From assembly GCA_973851085.1 (NCBI GenBank), contig OZ316775.1:1-64000 (forward strand): DNA of 64,000 bases. The letters run 5' to 3'. Below the pieces are notes generated by a model that was not told the origin of the DNA, made no database searches, and saw only the letters and a program-made list of their open reading frames with translations. This DNA comes from Ptychomitrium polyphyllum (lineage: Eukaryota). The position numbers and the translations under genes were made by a program. Shown one piece after another: positions 32,701 through 46,821 of the stretch (positions are counted from its first letter, which is position 1; each line of letters starts with the position of its first letter).

Positions 32701-35549
32701 AAAACAAAGCTTTAAAGGCTTTCTAGGGTTATCAAGCGTATTGAGGCAGATGACAAAATTATGGTATTGAAATTTCTTGACGACTTACGTATGGCAACAT
32801 GAGCAGCAGGCTCCCTTGGATAACCTTTGGCTTCTGTGTAAATGCAGCCTATTGCAATGCTGGTGGAGCAACCAAGCAGAGCTGTTAGTAAGAACAATTG
32901 AGAGACCTAAGTGGTAATAAGGACAATAGAACGTCGCAGCAAAGCTCTTGTTTTGACCAAAATCCTGGAGATATTTTAGGATTTAAATATAGGATCGACA
33001 AAAAGCACAAGCCCTGCCCGACTTAACAGAAGCCGTACATGTACTGTAACAGCTCCTCAAACAACTATACCAAGAAACTAAGATTGAAACAACAGTGATT
33101 TTCTATCGAAATAGAATATATCATGAATACTATATGTCTACATTGAGAGCATCCATCAGCATGGTTAAGAATATTCACACGTAATTATGAGTTATTTACA
33201 AGCTTCAGTACTCTTAAGTATGGATACAACGAAGTTGCACCTACATGAAACTTGGAAACAAGCAAAGTTACACTATATATGTCCACCTTCAATGTGGTAG
33301 CATGAATTTGAAAATACAATGAATCATTTTCGAAGAAAAATATGACCCTCTAACTCTCAAAACCAATCAGAGTGAATCATTGTTCAACAAGTGAGTCAAA
33401 ATGCTCACCTCGAAAGTCCTTGCTCAATAAGAAGTTCCAGGCATGAACGATAACAATGACTGAGTGCGTTTTCGGCAGCTGTGTGGTACCGGACCGCATA
33501 TCTAGGCCCTACTGTGTGAATTACACGCCTGCAAATTAACCAGTCCAGACACCACTTTATAATGTCACATTTTGAGTTGACGTTATGCATAACCCTGAAA
33601 GGTGTGAGAACATATAGCAACCAGCGAATCAAAGATAGCCTTGTGTGCAGAAGTATTCATGAAACGATCGAGCACTTTTCAATAAAAAGATTACCTTGCA
33701 GGTAGATCATAGCCACTTGTGACTTTAGCCAATCCAGTTCGGCACCCTCCCTATACAATGGTGACATGAATGTCAATTTGTAATTATGCAAATATTGATA
33801 AGCCCCCTGACGTTGATAAAACATTTGCAAGATGTATTGCCAAGTTCCCATACAATACGCATCCATGTAATGCCAAGATACATTCAAGAAATTGTCGCAT
33901 ACACACTGTTTATTGACTGAGACAAAATTATTAACATGACATGGCTGAAGACTAATTCTACAACTGAGCAATTAAAAGAATGCCACTGTTCACAAATTGC
34001 CAATAACAAAAGTCATGACTTTCAAAATAAATGAATCTAGCGATAATTCACAGAAGTTTACCAGAGTAGCACACTCCTCTGCAAGCCCGGGTCCAGCTGC
34101 TGGGTGCAAGCCAGGACTGCTATGTGCTTCATCCAGATTCTGTTCACCATAAGCAGATGATTACACGGGAGAATGGATGTAAGAAAGATGGTGGTAAAGA
34201 TTTGTAGCGTTACTTCAAATCACTACATATCACTACGTATTTTCGCAGTTTTTCAACTTTGAGTAAAACAATGCACAATTCACCTCATTCGAAGAATTGA
34301 CAACTGCATCGACTTCTAAACCCCATGGGGTACCACGCCACAAATAGAGCTTTGCATTAATGTCATGGTCCAAGTGAAACTTAGATGTGGTCGCGTAAGT
34401 CGGTCCCCCGTTTTCGGTTCCTGGCAACATCACCGAGCATTAGCATCTTTCCTGTCGCAGATCTTCTTCTCAACTCTACTTGCCACCTAAAACTGATATA
34501 AAACGCTTCAAGAACATCACTTTCTGGTATTTAGACATTAGCATGTCACGGCTTAACTCTGCTACATCTACCATACTGAAAACTGTCTATAATCTCCTGA
34601 TTTGTCGAAATCCAGAAAACCTAAACAAAAACATTTAGCCGTTCTCGCGCTTTTCAACACCTATATATACAAATGGATCAAGGAGAAATCTAAATGGGAA
34701 AAACACCTAAGAAGTACTCAGACAGTATTCAACAAAGAGCAATACATAGAACCGTGAATCTGAGGACTTTCATCAGGCACTTGAAATAATCACACGATGA
34801 TCACTAAAGTACAAATTAACAGAGATGTAAAAGGCGATTTTCGCAAACCCTGCGTCCAAAAAATCCAAGCTCGACTGGCACACATGAACCGCTTCCGCGA
34901 AGACATGATAGTAGTAACGATTTTATGTAATGCTTCATGGAAAATGAGCAACATTTTCTGAAACGGCCCGCACTAGTTTGAAATTGGTACTTTATAAGAA
35001 CGAGTACTTCAAAGAACAACAATTCCCTCGACAATCATTTAATAAGCTCCAGACTACTCTCTAAACAAACACGGAATATTAGAACGACGACAATATCCGA
35101 TCTTCAGGGTAAGCAACACGTTGATCTAAAACCCGCTAGTCCATCGCCCTTGCACACTTTAACCAGGGAAAAGCACAGATTGGTCCAGAGAAGTGCAGAT
35201 GCCGTCCAAGAGCTCCTATCCCTTACAGGGCTATTGGATTCTCACTATACATCAGAATCAGGGTGACCTAATTCAGCTCCGTATTCTCATCTCACAGAGT
35301 ATGCCTCCGCGAAACTGTCTCCTGAAAGAAGAAATAGAACCCTCCTCAAGCTCATTCCAATGCAAGGCGAAGGAAGATTGTACCTGCAAGCGATGTAAGA
35401 GGATCAACGAAACCCCGATCAGAGGCTTCACTATCACTATGACTCGCAGACGGCGAGAGTATCTCCTGCTCGATCCATCGCGGCACCTGCTCCAGCCTCA
35501 CTACATGCTGCTCCGCTGCCCCACTCCGCAAGCTCAACCTTCCGTACAT
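29730..35549 (-). CDS. GDAP2: GDAP2-like protein (macro/Appr-1-p domain plus CRAL-TRIO/Sec14 domain), multi-exon
   Basis: Exon peptides VVRLEQVPRW, INAKLYLWRGTPWGLEVDAVVNSSNE, RVIHTVGPRYAVRYHTAAENALSHCYRSCLELL, IAIGCIYTEAKGYPREPAAHVAIR, LLPLYFPRDKNEE..LPSDVGDENGET and VWKKVVYVERLSDLFRYVPREQLTIPDFVFQ. Confidence 0.9.
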
Positions 35550-37316
35550 CCTTGTTTCCGGTACTCCTCCTACTCATTCCTCTCCTCACTATCTCTGCCC
35601 AGTCTCCCTCACCGGGCCAACAACCCCATCCCCACGAGCCAAATGCAATCCTCCCTCCCAAACACCAAAACCTCCCGCTCCTCCAAAAATTCCCCTGCCT
35701 CGCTCCTCATAAGCTCATTCCAACGGGAAACAAACCCTCCACCTCTCAGTGCGCGTCTGCAAACCACTTCATCCGGCATCCCCTACCTACGCTGCCAACC
35801 ACCTCTGCTCATCTGAAACAGCGCCGATTCCAGCGGCGAAGGGGGTGAAATTCACGGCCACTCGAGCACCTGCAAACCTTCGACGCGGTGGACAGTGGGG
35901 GACAAGTACAGAAGACTGCAGAGGGGCTGAGCAAAAGGTACAGTGCAACCCTAACGGGAGAGCTCCGACGCCCCGCTGCGCCCACGGCTGTCACCTCTGC
36001 GGCCCTGCACGGTGGCTCCGCTCCTCTGCCCCGTGCACATTGCTTGCGCTCGGGCCCACCTTCGTCGTTGGTTCGTCCAAATCTTCTATTGTCGCACCTG
36101 GGCATCCGTCATTGCTCGGAGTCGCACTTTGGATCCCTCCAGTGGACTTTGATGTGGACTTGGCCAGGAGTTGGTTGCAGTTTGCGTTGCGGTGCCCTCG
36201 TGAACGGTGAGCAACTTTCTCAGTGCCGTTGGAGAATCTGGCAGCACAAGTTTCGGATGACACTACACCGGATTGGGGGAGTAGAGAGAAGGGCAGTCCC
36301 GCATTTTGGGTGAGTCAGGAATTTGTTGGAAGTCACTCCTGGTGTGGGCTACATTCGCAACTGCACTTTGAGGCAGCAAGGTTGACGTAGGGCAGAATGG
36401 TGCAGCTGTGCAATGCATTGCTGTTGGTAGAAGGGCAATCAGAGCCACTCAGGCTTGGTTTACATTCTGGCTCAATTCTGGGCTGGTCTTAAACTCTACA
36501 ACTTTGAACCCAACACAACGGAATTGAATCAAGGTTCACCGTGACTTGATTTTCTTACACTAGGCTCCACAGGGGCTCAAAGTGGAGGCCCAATTGTAGA
36601 TCCAACTTATCAATGGAATTTGGGCTCCCAATTGAGTCGAGCCTTAATGCAAACAACGGGTAAGCTGAAATAACAGAATTAAAAAAAAGATCCACCAAAT
36701 AGTGTGCACCTTAGATTCAAGCCACTAAATGAGCACCTCTGTAGCGTTACTTCTGTTGGTTACAGTGTGCACCTTTCACCTTCGTCACTGGCTCGGGACT
36801 GATGTTTTTAATTTTCTTATCAACCATATAGAGGTAACTTAAGTTTTATTTGTGTTAAAAGAAATTTTAAAATGGAACAAGAACAACAAAGCCATGACCA
36901 TTGGCTCAGCATATTCGTGATTAAGCATCAAGTTTGTAAGGGACTGATCCCCTACTTGGGACCATGCCCTGATCACTCATGAATTATTACTGTATCACCT
37001 GGAAGGTCCTCTTGATTCAAGGTTCCTTAAACTTCTGTTGATCTAAACTGGGTGTTGGTTAAGATTAGTCACACCAGCCTAAAAATCGTATGGTTGTGTC
37101 TAACATCAGCCTAATGCTCTTTTGTAATTAATGTAATAATTGAAGTGTAGAAACTTCGCAGGGTCTACACAATCTCAAGAGTATTCCGTTATGTTCATCT
37201 GTTCAATCGCATTTTGCGTTGAACCACCATATTATAACTCTCCTTGATCCTTCATGGTGCTTGAGTTTCTGGAAGACAGCTTCAGAGCTGCAATTCGTAA
37301 GGAAGAAGAAGAAAGT

Positions 37317-40300
37317 CTAGGAGAACCCATAGTGCGCACAGTGTTGCCTTTCAGATCCCATCACACGCTGAAGCAAAGTAGGGATACTGGTTACTATGCC
37401 GTCTACTCCAGCCTTCAGCATGTCAATCATGGCTGATTCTTCATCAACAGTCCAAGCATGTAATTTTTTACCCGCCCTGAAAAGCACAAAAACAGTCTGT
37501 CAGTGGGGATGCCGGTGCTAGATTGTCTTTATTGTGATAATAGACTCCGTGAGTGTGTCACTCAAAAAAAACAGTATGTCCAGAAGGTTAACGACACAAC
37601 ATGAAAGGAAATCATTGTGTCACAAAAACATATACATGACCAAGTCCATCAAGAATAATTTCTCGCTTGTAAGATTTCAACTAGCAAATGAAAGTTTCAG
37701 AAATCAGCTGTTACCTATGAGCAGTATGGACGAGTTTTCTTGTCACAATTTCGTGAAAAGCGCCAATAATACCAGCCCCTTTCATCCGCAAAGGGCTGGT
37801 GACCTTCCCAGTCAGCTTATCTCTCATCACTATGACGCCCAAGGACTGGCCAAAACATCCTCTCCACAGACATCTTCAAGTAAGTTTCAAGTTATCATAA
37901 ATGAACAAGAATCTTACCAATTTGAAACCGAAGATAATTATTTAGTTACAATTTCACTTCAAGGATGTCGAAAATATCAAGCCAACTACAGCATTGGTTA
38001 TGAATCACTAACCGTCACAGCCAACGAAATGAAGGTGGTGACATCTCACCTCAGGATTAGATGATAAATGTGTAAAATCTTCAACAATGTAGTCGGATTT
38101 AGCCCACAGCACGCAGTTTCGGCAGTCAACAGTCTTCACCTGCCAACAAGAGTGATTTACAAGAAAAATCAGTTTCAGCACTCACAATCAGCAACAGGAA
38201 TGCACAGCCTCATTCTTCTTACACGTTAAGTGCTCTGAAAATATTGCCAGCAGTTAACAAGCAGTTGCTCACAAATGCCAGAGTAAATCTCCGATTAATT
38301 TCATTAGTCCTGTAACAGCTTTGTAAATAGATGCCTGTCTTTCTACAACTAGAGGAAAGTGGACTTGATCAAACTACAGTAAGCCCTACTCGAGGGTACT
38401 ACACTAAGCTGGTGCGCTCTGCCCACATACATAACTTGAAGTAAAAAGCATCAGGGAATAGGAGGAATATGCAGCAAGAGACATCAGTCTGTCCGTCATC
38501 TAGCCTTCCCAAAATCTAACGAACAGATTATAATATATACAAATTATTGGAAATCTTACCACAGAGAGAATAGCAATAGCCATGCCCTCATCGTATCTGG
38601 GAGGTCCTTCTTTTGCATCAATGATTACTTGTTTTACATGTGACATCACATACTGTTGTACCAAACACCATGTCAGCACTCTTAAAATATTCCTGGAAAA
38701 AAGTGCTGCTAATCTATAAATTCACAAGTCTGAGTGTCGTTATCAGGATCCAGCAAGATAGACAATATAATGTGTTGCCGATACAGCATGTATTCTAGAG
38801 TTCATACAAATAAATGATAATCACTATTTCAGAACTTCTAAAACAGTATGTACCTCGTAGGGCTAGTTCAAACTCCTAATCAACACCAGCCCAACTATCG
38901 ATTTAGAAAGAAGTGCTCCAAACTACTCAGTTACCTGGAGTGCAGATTCTAGAGTGGGAATATGTTGCTCATGAAACTTTTCAGAAAACCTTGCGCCAGG
39001 TCTGAGTTCTTTAATCTGCTGAACACAACAATTGAATTAATTTTCAATTCAAAACCATGAATTCGAATTTTCATAACCTTCTATTACCATCCAACCAGGT
39101 AAAGATCATCGTTGATAAGGTCTACAATCAATCCCAATATCGAAGGGCCTTTTAGGCTTGCATGTTCAAGACCTTCATTCTTGCCTTTACCAATAGCTCA
39201 ACATATTAGACACGTGCATTAAAATCAGCGGGGCTTTACTAAGACTTGTGTACAATTTAGTTTGAGCACAAGCGGTTCAGCCACCAGGTGCCAGCAGACA
39301 AATGGTAAAGGTGGTGTGCTTTGTATTTGCCGAGCAAACAGACTACCTGAGAAAAATTAAGATCACCCACGTGCATATATTCATAATCAGTGATAGCCTG
39401 CAGGTCCCTGCCCTCTAGAATATAAGTGATGGACCCAATATAGATCTTTCCCTCCATCAACAATACATATGCTCAACATGATATGCTCTCTACATGCTCA
39501 ACCTGATATTTAAAAAAACAAATGAAACGAACAAAATAAAGAACAGAAAATCCTCTATAAGCTTCCGCACAAACTTTAACGAGCGAAAAACATGAGTTGA
39601 AATACCGATCATGAAGAGCAACTAACACACCATCTTGAGTCCTCGAAGCATCGATCTCTATGCAATCAACATGCAAATCAAGTGCCATGCGATACGATGC
39701 CTCCTGCAAAAAAAAAAAGAGTGAAAACGACTTTGTTTGTATATGATGATCTCAATGATGCTGATCGTAGTGCATCTTCGTTGTTAGTGTAGCCATATAA
39801 ATGTTCAGTGTTCACTACATTGCAATCTGGTCCATAATGGATGATGATGTCGTCACAATTACATAAAGCTCAAATAATGTATGCTCCAGAAAAACTAATT
39901 CAAAGTTCTGCGTAAGCACTAACAGTGTTCGGAGGAGCATTAGACGAATCGCCTCCATGAGCGCAAATCAACGGCGGATTGCTCAGCCACTTGCAATCAT
40001 TCTCTCTATCCTGCATAAGCACATAGCAACAATTCATAAGTTTGCTTAATCTCAGTTTACTGGTATCTATAACTTTCATAAAGACAGTAGGTCTAAAATC
40101 CAATGATGGTACAAATCAAATATTTGATACAGTGACGGTGTCCAGTAGAGCTACAACAAACAACATTTACATAAATGCTACTCCTCCATTTCCAAATCCT
40201 GGACAGATATTTCAGCAACCGAGTACTCATCTACAAGGATTGGCAGACTTCAGTATTTTCAGCAAAGTATAAACACGGGCAAGAGGTTGTTGAGATTGTT

Positions 40301-40598
40301 TAGATTGTTAGAAGTGACAATAAATTACATATCCTGGAGAAATTTTACAGTGTTGTCATTATCTAGAGGCATTTGCTACCGTCTGAATCATTGTGGATAA
40401 AAAGGAAACGTAAGACTCCAGCTGCTTTCGTACCTGATTTACGAATATCTTGCTATGCAAATACATATGCGTGGAGATTATGAGAAAAAGAACCAGTAGC
40501 ACAAGCCATAAGACATTCTGGTTAAGAACTTTGAAGATGGAAGCCGCAATGCGGGCGCTCACAGGTCGGCGCACTCTAGCGAACCGCCTCGGTTGCAT
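37317..40598 (-). CDS. GDPD4: Glycerophosphodiester phosphodiesterase, GDPD4-like, multi-exon
   Basis: N-terminal transmembrane anchor, then PPLICAHGGDSSNAPPNT and VDCIEIDASRTQDGVLVALHDR. The last exon reads MLKAGVDGIVTSIPTLLQRVM..CAHYGFS*. Confidence 0.88.
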
Positions 40599-42919
40599 CC
40601 TTCCTGCTCTCGATCACGCCATAACTGCTCTTCCTCCAGGACTTTATCCGCTTCAAAGAGGCAAATTATGAATCTCGTTTTGCCCACTCTATCGTAGCGC
40701 CGACAACAGCTCCTCCCACCTTCACATCTTCTCGCAGCGCAAGGCCAGAATTCTGCACGCAATCGACAAGAAAAGCGCTTTCGATGTGTAAACAACGCCA
40801 GAAGATTCAACACAGTGTAGGTAAACTTGACTTACAAGCCCTAACGAACATCCAAGAATATTCGTCAGTCATTTCTCTCACCAATACTAATGTAGCCTCG
40901 TGAATTCTCACGGCGATTCTTCCTGCGGATCGGGACTGCTAAACAATGGCATAATAAGTCGATGTCAAAGATTTAACCTAACCTCTACATTTCCAATTCT
41001 CCAGCACTTTCCACTCCAGAATAAGATCATCTCAGCACGATCTTGACCAAGAACCGAACTGAAACCAAGTCAGAAAGAAATACGTCGCTCATCACTGACT
41101 CACTAGCATCCACCGTCCCTGCAACATCATTCTCGAAGCGAACAGACAATAGAATAGCGAACTCCACCGACACACATCAAGACATCGGGCCTAATGCAGC
41201 AACAAAGCTCCAATGTAAACATACTTCCCAAGAGTTGTCACCTACAATAAAGAAAATAATCAGCGAAACGAAAATCTAAGATCTCCCGTCACGTACATGA
41301 AAACAAAGGGAAAGAGAGTTTTTCAGGAAACGAACCCGGCCGACTCCAGATGAAGAGCGTTCCCTCGTCTCCGATTGCTTTGAGAAACAGAAACAACGGC
41401 GAGCTGTCTGCACAACATGAGAAAGCTCTTCTTCAGAGATCACCCCTATGCGTAAAAGAAGGTGATACGGACGGAACCGCTATGGCGGACCTTGGCAGCA
41501 AAATAAACGGAAGCAGAGGGCACTAGTGAGACCTCGCCTGAGTATCACAAGGATATCGAGTTGGTATCACCACGGTCTCGCACTGGTATTTCCTAAGTAT
41601 GCTCGGGGTATTGTTCAGATAGGCGAGAAAACCCCCGGTGAGTCTTTCAGCTGTGCGTGGAGCGTCGACAGTTTCGCAGCACTCGCACGCTTGTCCAATT
41701 TACGAGATGCCTTACCTGCGTATCACATGGGAATTGTGCTGGTATCATCTGGACACATCATTAGTGGCACTACGTTGGGGTGGTTGCTTTCTGGTGTTAA
41801 ATGCTACCTGAAATGAATGAAAGTAGTAGGTATTATTACTATTCAACAATATATAAATAAAAATAAACTAAAAAATACATTACCTCAATAGCATGCAATA
41901 TAAGCTTTCTATCCAATCAAGTTATTTTCTCTTTAACCACATAAAAATCCTTGAAACAAGTAAGATAATTATATATCCGAAACCTCTTCTACAAAGATAA
42001 AGCATTTAAGAGAAACGAGAGTTTTTAATCTTTATTAAAAAATACAATGTTTGTGTGTTCTTATTAATAGAAGATATATAATTTTCCTATTACATATTAT
42101 CATTTACTAAATACCATCATCCTTCAAAAATTACCATCTAATAGTCATTGAATTTTATTTATACTTTTAACATTTCAATTTTTATATTTGCATCATGAAG
42201 GTATTTCTAAATAATTGGAGCTCCAAGTTGGAATATTACTAGCATGGTTGTATTACATTAGGAGTTAAAGCCAAATGAAGACTTCTAAAGTATTTAGGTG
42301 GAAGAAAAAGATCTTGAACCAAATTTGGCCTTTGATAATTTAGATTTAGTAATTTCATTTGAATCACTAGATTAAATTGTAAAATATCAATTTAAATAAG
42401 TGCGTATTACCACCAATATTAAATTTGATTTAACATGCATGGTAAATTTTTCTAACACAACCCAACTATTTCCTAGGTATTACAAAACAAAAAAGCATGT
42501 GTCTCACCATGTTATTAAAGGGTGTCACACGGATTCGGATAGTATCTAATACAGGTATGGCATCTTCCGAGTGTCCCTTGGATATTCTTGGAAGAACCTT
42601 CCTACATGAGGCACCTGTCTAGAGAGGGTGAAGAATTTTCTAAAAGCGTTTCTGAATGCTGTAATAATCAATTCAATGCCCATAATCTTGGTTCAATACT
42701 AGAGGGATTTACCTGAATTTTTTGTTTAGGAAAAAAGAAAATTTAAAACGCTTTAGCCGTCGCCAACGATTATTGGAAGAGAAAGATGTTTCGGCCCACC
42801 CTCAAGGGCATCTTTCTAAACAATCATATAACTCCATACACTATTATGTAATCTACTTGCAAAGCAAGTTTTCAAACTCTGGTGCCAACATGAAAAAAAT
42901 TAATACTACTGTAGTATAC

Positions 42920-45900
42920 TCAAAATGAACGTACACTAAAATGACATAAGAGCTTAGAATTTCGGTGGTGACCCCTTTTAGACTCTAGTTTAACAGCACG
43001 GATTCCTTGCCGAAGATAAGTTACAGGTATGCAAGATTGGCCGACCATGTCATCTCGTATAAATTTATCATGCTCCCTAACTTCCAACCTGAGTATTGCA
43101 AGCTCCGGAGCTGAAGCCACAATTTCAATTCAAATATCAAAATTTCGCTTCATCACCGTTCATTCTAAGACAGGAGATAATCAAAAGCAATTTTATCCAC
43201 TGCTATGATCTAATCATAGTAGCAATGATTTACAGTAGTCTACAACGCTTGCCACCCGTCTAAAGCGCTCAAGACAAAAAAACAAGGACCTCACCTTGAA
43301 GTTGAAATTCGAACTCCTCATCTTCCCAGTGAGGTTCCCGGGACCGTTTTTCCACCTTGGTGTTTTTCTTCACTTCATCGCCATCCACACCATGCACTGC
43401 AACCTGATAGTCCGAACATTTAAAGAGGTCAATGCCCATAATAATGTTCTCACATTTCTCAAATACTAAAAGGCTTGGTATGAATCCTCGACAACTCGAT
43501 GTTCCTGAGACACCATGTTCCTCATTAGTGTTACCTCCAAATCCAATAAAACTATCAGGGTATGCTTGATACCATTCAAAAATTTAACAGCTACGTGATC
43601 AGATATTTATCAGAATACTATGTTACGTCTCAAATCAGCAAGGTGCAACAAAACAACCACCTTGACATAATAGTCTGGCTTCTTGAAAACATCGTAGTTT
43701 CTATGCCAATCGGTCCCCAACAAAACTTTCACCTGCAAACTCCCACCAACATTTGACGAGTAAAGATTAGATGTGCTCTAGTAGAAGGAGCGTTCTAATA
43801 GAAGGTGCACTCCACCAGCAAATTCAATCACTTATTATACAGTGCATGCGTGTTGCACAAAGAACATCAGACACCTAGTATATTCGGTGAAAGGTGCACT
43901 CACTTGTTGTAACGCACTCTCGACATACGAATTGTAATAAAAATTCTAAAATGAATGATGGAAGATGAAGAGATGCATACCCGTGAATGCATAGGACATA
44001 GATGAACCTAAAGAGAGATATTTAACATGGCAGAAGGTCAAGAAATGGATTTATTTTATCACTTACTTAAAGGACACGCCAAAAATTGTATTCTTCACGA
44101 AAAGTGAGCTGTCAAAACTGGGCTGTAGGAGGCTAACCTTCAATTCAAGCTTCGGTTGCAGACTTTTAGGATCCACATTAGATCCAGGTAGGAGAAAATC
44201 AGGCTTCTTGACATACCCACAACCACCATTCTTGCTGAAAAATGCTTCGGAAATCCATACAGGTCGATCATGACCTTGCATGTTCACAGCTGCGACTTGA
44301 AGCCCGTGTTTCCAAGCATCCATAGGATTTGCATTTGATGAGTCAAATCGAAGTCCAAATGGATACATTCTACCCAAATTGGTCTTTGTGAACCTGCATA
44401 ACCATTTCCATGACCACACATTCAACAATATTAAGAATATAGACATATTGTCCTCTTATTGTTCTCCCTAAACAGAAGAAGGCTAACTACCTGAATGTAA
44501 GTGCTACAAGAACAACTGCACCTACACAGCGGCACAACAATCAAACTCCGCTTCAACTGAACTAGGTGTAACGTATAGTGTCAAATAAGAACTCTTACTC
44601 TATCAAAGAATATGGGTGATTTTTTATAAGATGATCGAGTTGAGGTTCACTCAAATTGGCCATGACTGCACGTTGACCAGCAAGCAGTGGGCCGCCTTTC
44701 TCATGCCGTTCCTTCATTTCTGAAGGCTTCTGACAATAGATATATAATAGCTCCTCAAACTCGGGAATTTTAGGTACGACTTGGTTGACATCATCACCAC
44801 CCCTCATTGAGACCATTTTCTGCGTCACTCTTTCAGCAACTTGACTATGACGCTTGTGCATTTTCCTCTCCCTTTGTGCACGTGATGAACTTCCTTCGTC
44901 TGAACGGCTGTGAGAACTGTCGCTCCTCTCAAAACCAATAGATTCCTTTATCACATTGTCAGCAACTTCAGGTTCTTCTGCAACCTGCAAGAAAAGAATA
45001 ATGAAAATCTCAGCATCGTGTCAATCTTTGCCGAACAAGAGAAATTGTAACATAAAACACCTGCTAGTTGTGCAAAGCCGATGCAAAGAAGCAGCTGCAA
45101 AAGACATCTTTCCATAAAATAAAGCCTGATTAAATGCATGATACATCGTGTGTTAAAAGTTGTTATTCCCAAAGGTAGGCATATTTTATACCTGATCTGG
45201 AAGTGATTCACTCGGGGGTTTATCAGAGATGATGATGCGATTCTTCAGCGAATCCGGTGATTGAAAAGAAATGGGTGGTCGATCACTGGCAGAAGGAATG
45301 AACATTGTGTCACCTAATATTTCTTTTAAAACCTGCATACACAAAATCCAGGTTTCAATCACTTCAACATAATTTCATAGACCATATCTGTATCTAAAAT
45401 GGCATTGAATTTCATTGTACCGAATTCAAGGCCAGAGACCAGTGCAGAATCAGCGAACTTCCAAAATGAATCTTACCATAGCTGCTATTTTCTGGTGCTC
45501 CGCCGATAAATGACTTTCAATAGTGAGAATGACAGGGTAATCAGACACTTTGAATGCGTTCTCTTTTATCGCCTTAATGCAATCCTCGAATGCAACTGCC
45601 TTTGTCAGGGTACTGTCAGGCAAGTCTACGTTAGTGCTACAGATGGATGCTCAAACAGAAACAAACAACGACCGCTTCAAAGCATTGGAATGAGAAGGTA
45701 CAGAAAAACCCTCTTCAAACGTTACAGCAGTCCCATTTGCTTCTGTAAGTCCTGAGAAGGGATTTGTACAACCAGAAGTATCTCATTAACCGAAGCACTA
45801 AGGAGTCAAATTTCAAGCCAAAGATGTAAAAACAATGGCGAGTATAAATTCGACTGTAAGTAACTACGAAGTAGCTACAGATTGGATGCGTACCCGCCAT

Positions 45901-46821
45901 GAAGAACCTTAATTTTGCCATTTTTCCCATCCCAACAATCAAGCTCGATGACACGGCATCCACGGAGCAGAGCTTCTACAAGAGGTTGGGCGCTGCACCT
46001 GGATGTCAATTGGTTGCCCGTTAAATATGAATTGTGGCTCGAAAAGATGTAGTAGTGCGACAGCGGTGCTGTCATATCCTCCGTAGGCTGCGTTTTCAGG
46101 CCGTTTCGCTACAGATTTCAAATCAGTGCGTCAGGACAGAAACTAATACACAATCGCCTCTAAAATCCTCACTCTTTATCCACGTGCACGATACTCTGAT
46201 CACATGAACCACCCGGATCTGAGTTTACAAGAAACAGTTCCCCTTCCTTTGAACAGGCTGGCATGCATGGAGGGATACCACGCAATGCCATATTCAGATA
46301 GATAGTGATCAGAAGTGGTTAGGACGAACTCTTCAAAAGCAATCGCAACTCAAAGCATAACAAGTTTATAGACAAAATGAACGAAGACTTAAATGAGAGA
46401 ATTTGGCTCCAACCGTTTGAGAAGACGGTATTCGGTGTCCATTTAGCTCAGTATTCAGGACAAACTTAAGAAAGGCGGGTAAGTCGAGGGTAGCAGGCTG
46501 CTCCCGCGACGATAACATATCACGTTTCGAATGACGTTTCGAATGATCGGCTCTCTGGCTCAATCCCGGAAGCCTCAAATGACGGCCACTACTGGTCTTG
46601 GACGTCGAAATTTTAAACTTCGTGATCAACAGCTCTGCCTCGTCCTCCGTCGCGTCTCTTTCGCCCTGCACAGTTCTCATAAAGGTTGCCAAATCGGCGG
46701 CATTCATCGAGCTTCCTCTCCGCGTCGCCTTCTCGAAGGCATCCGCCACTAGGTTCGGAGGTGTGCACACGGCGTGGAAGGGCGCTACGCTGGGCGGGAG
46801 GCAATGACATCGAGTCGCCAT
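42920..46821 (-). CDS. PLC: Phosphoinositide-specific phospholipase C (EF-hand, X, Y and C2 domains), multi-exon
   Basis: [67 protein letters not shown] and [31 protein letters not shown]. Confidence 0.95.
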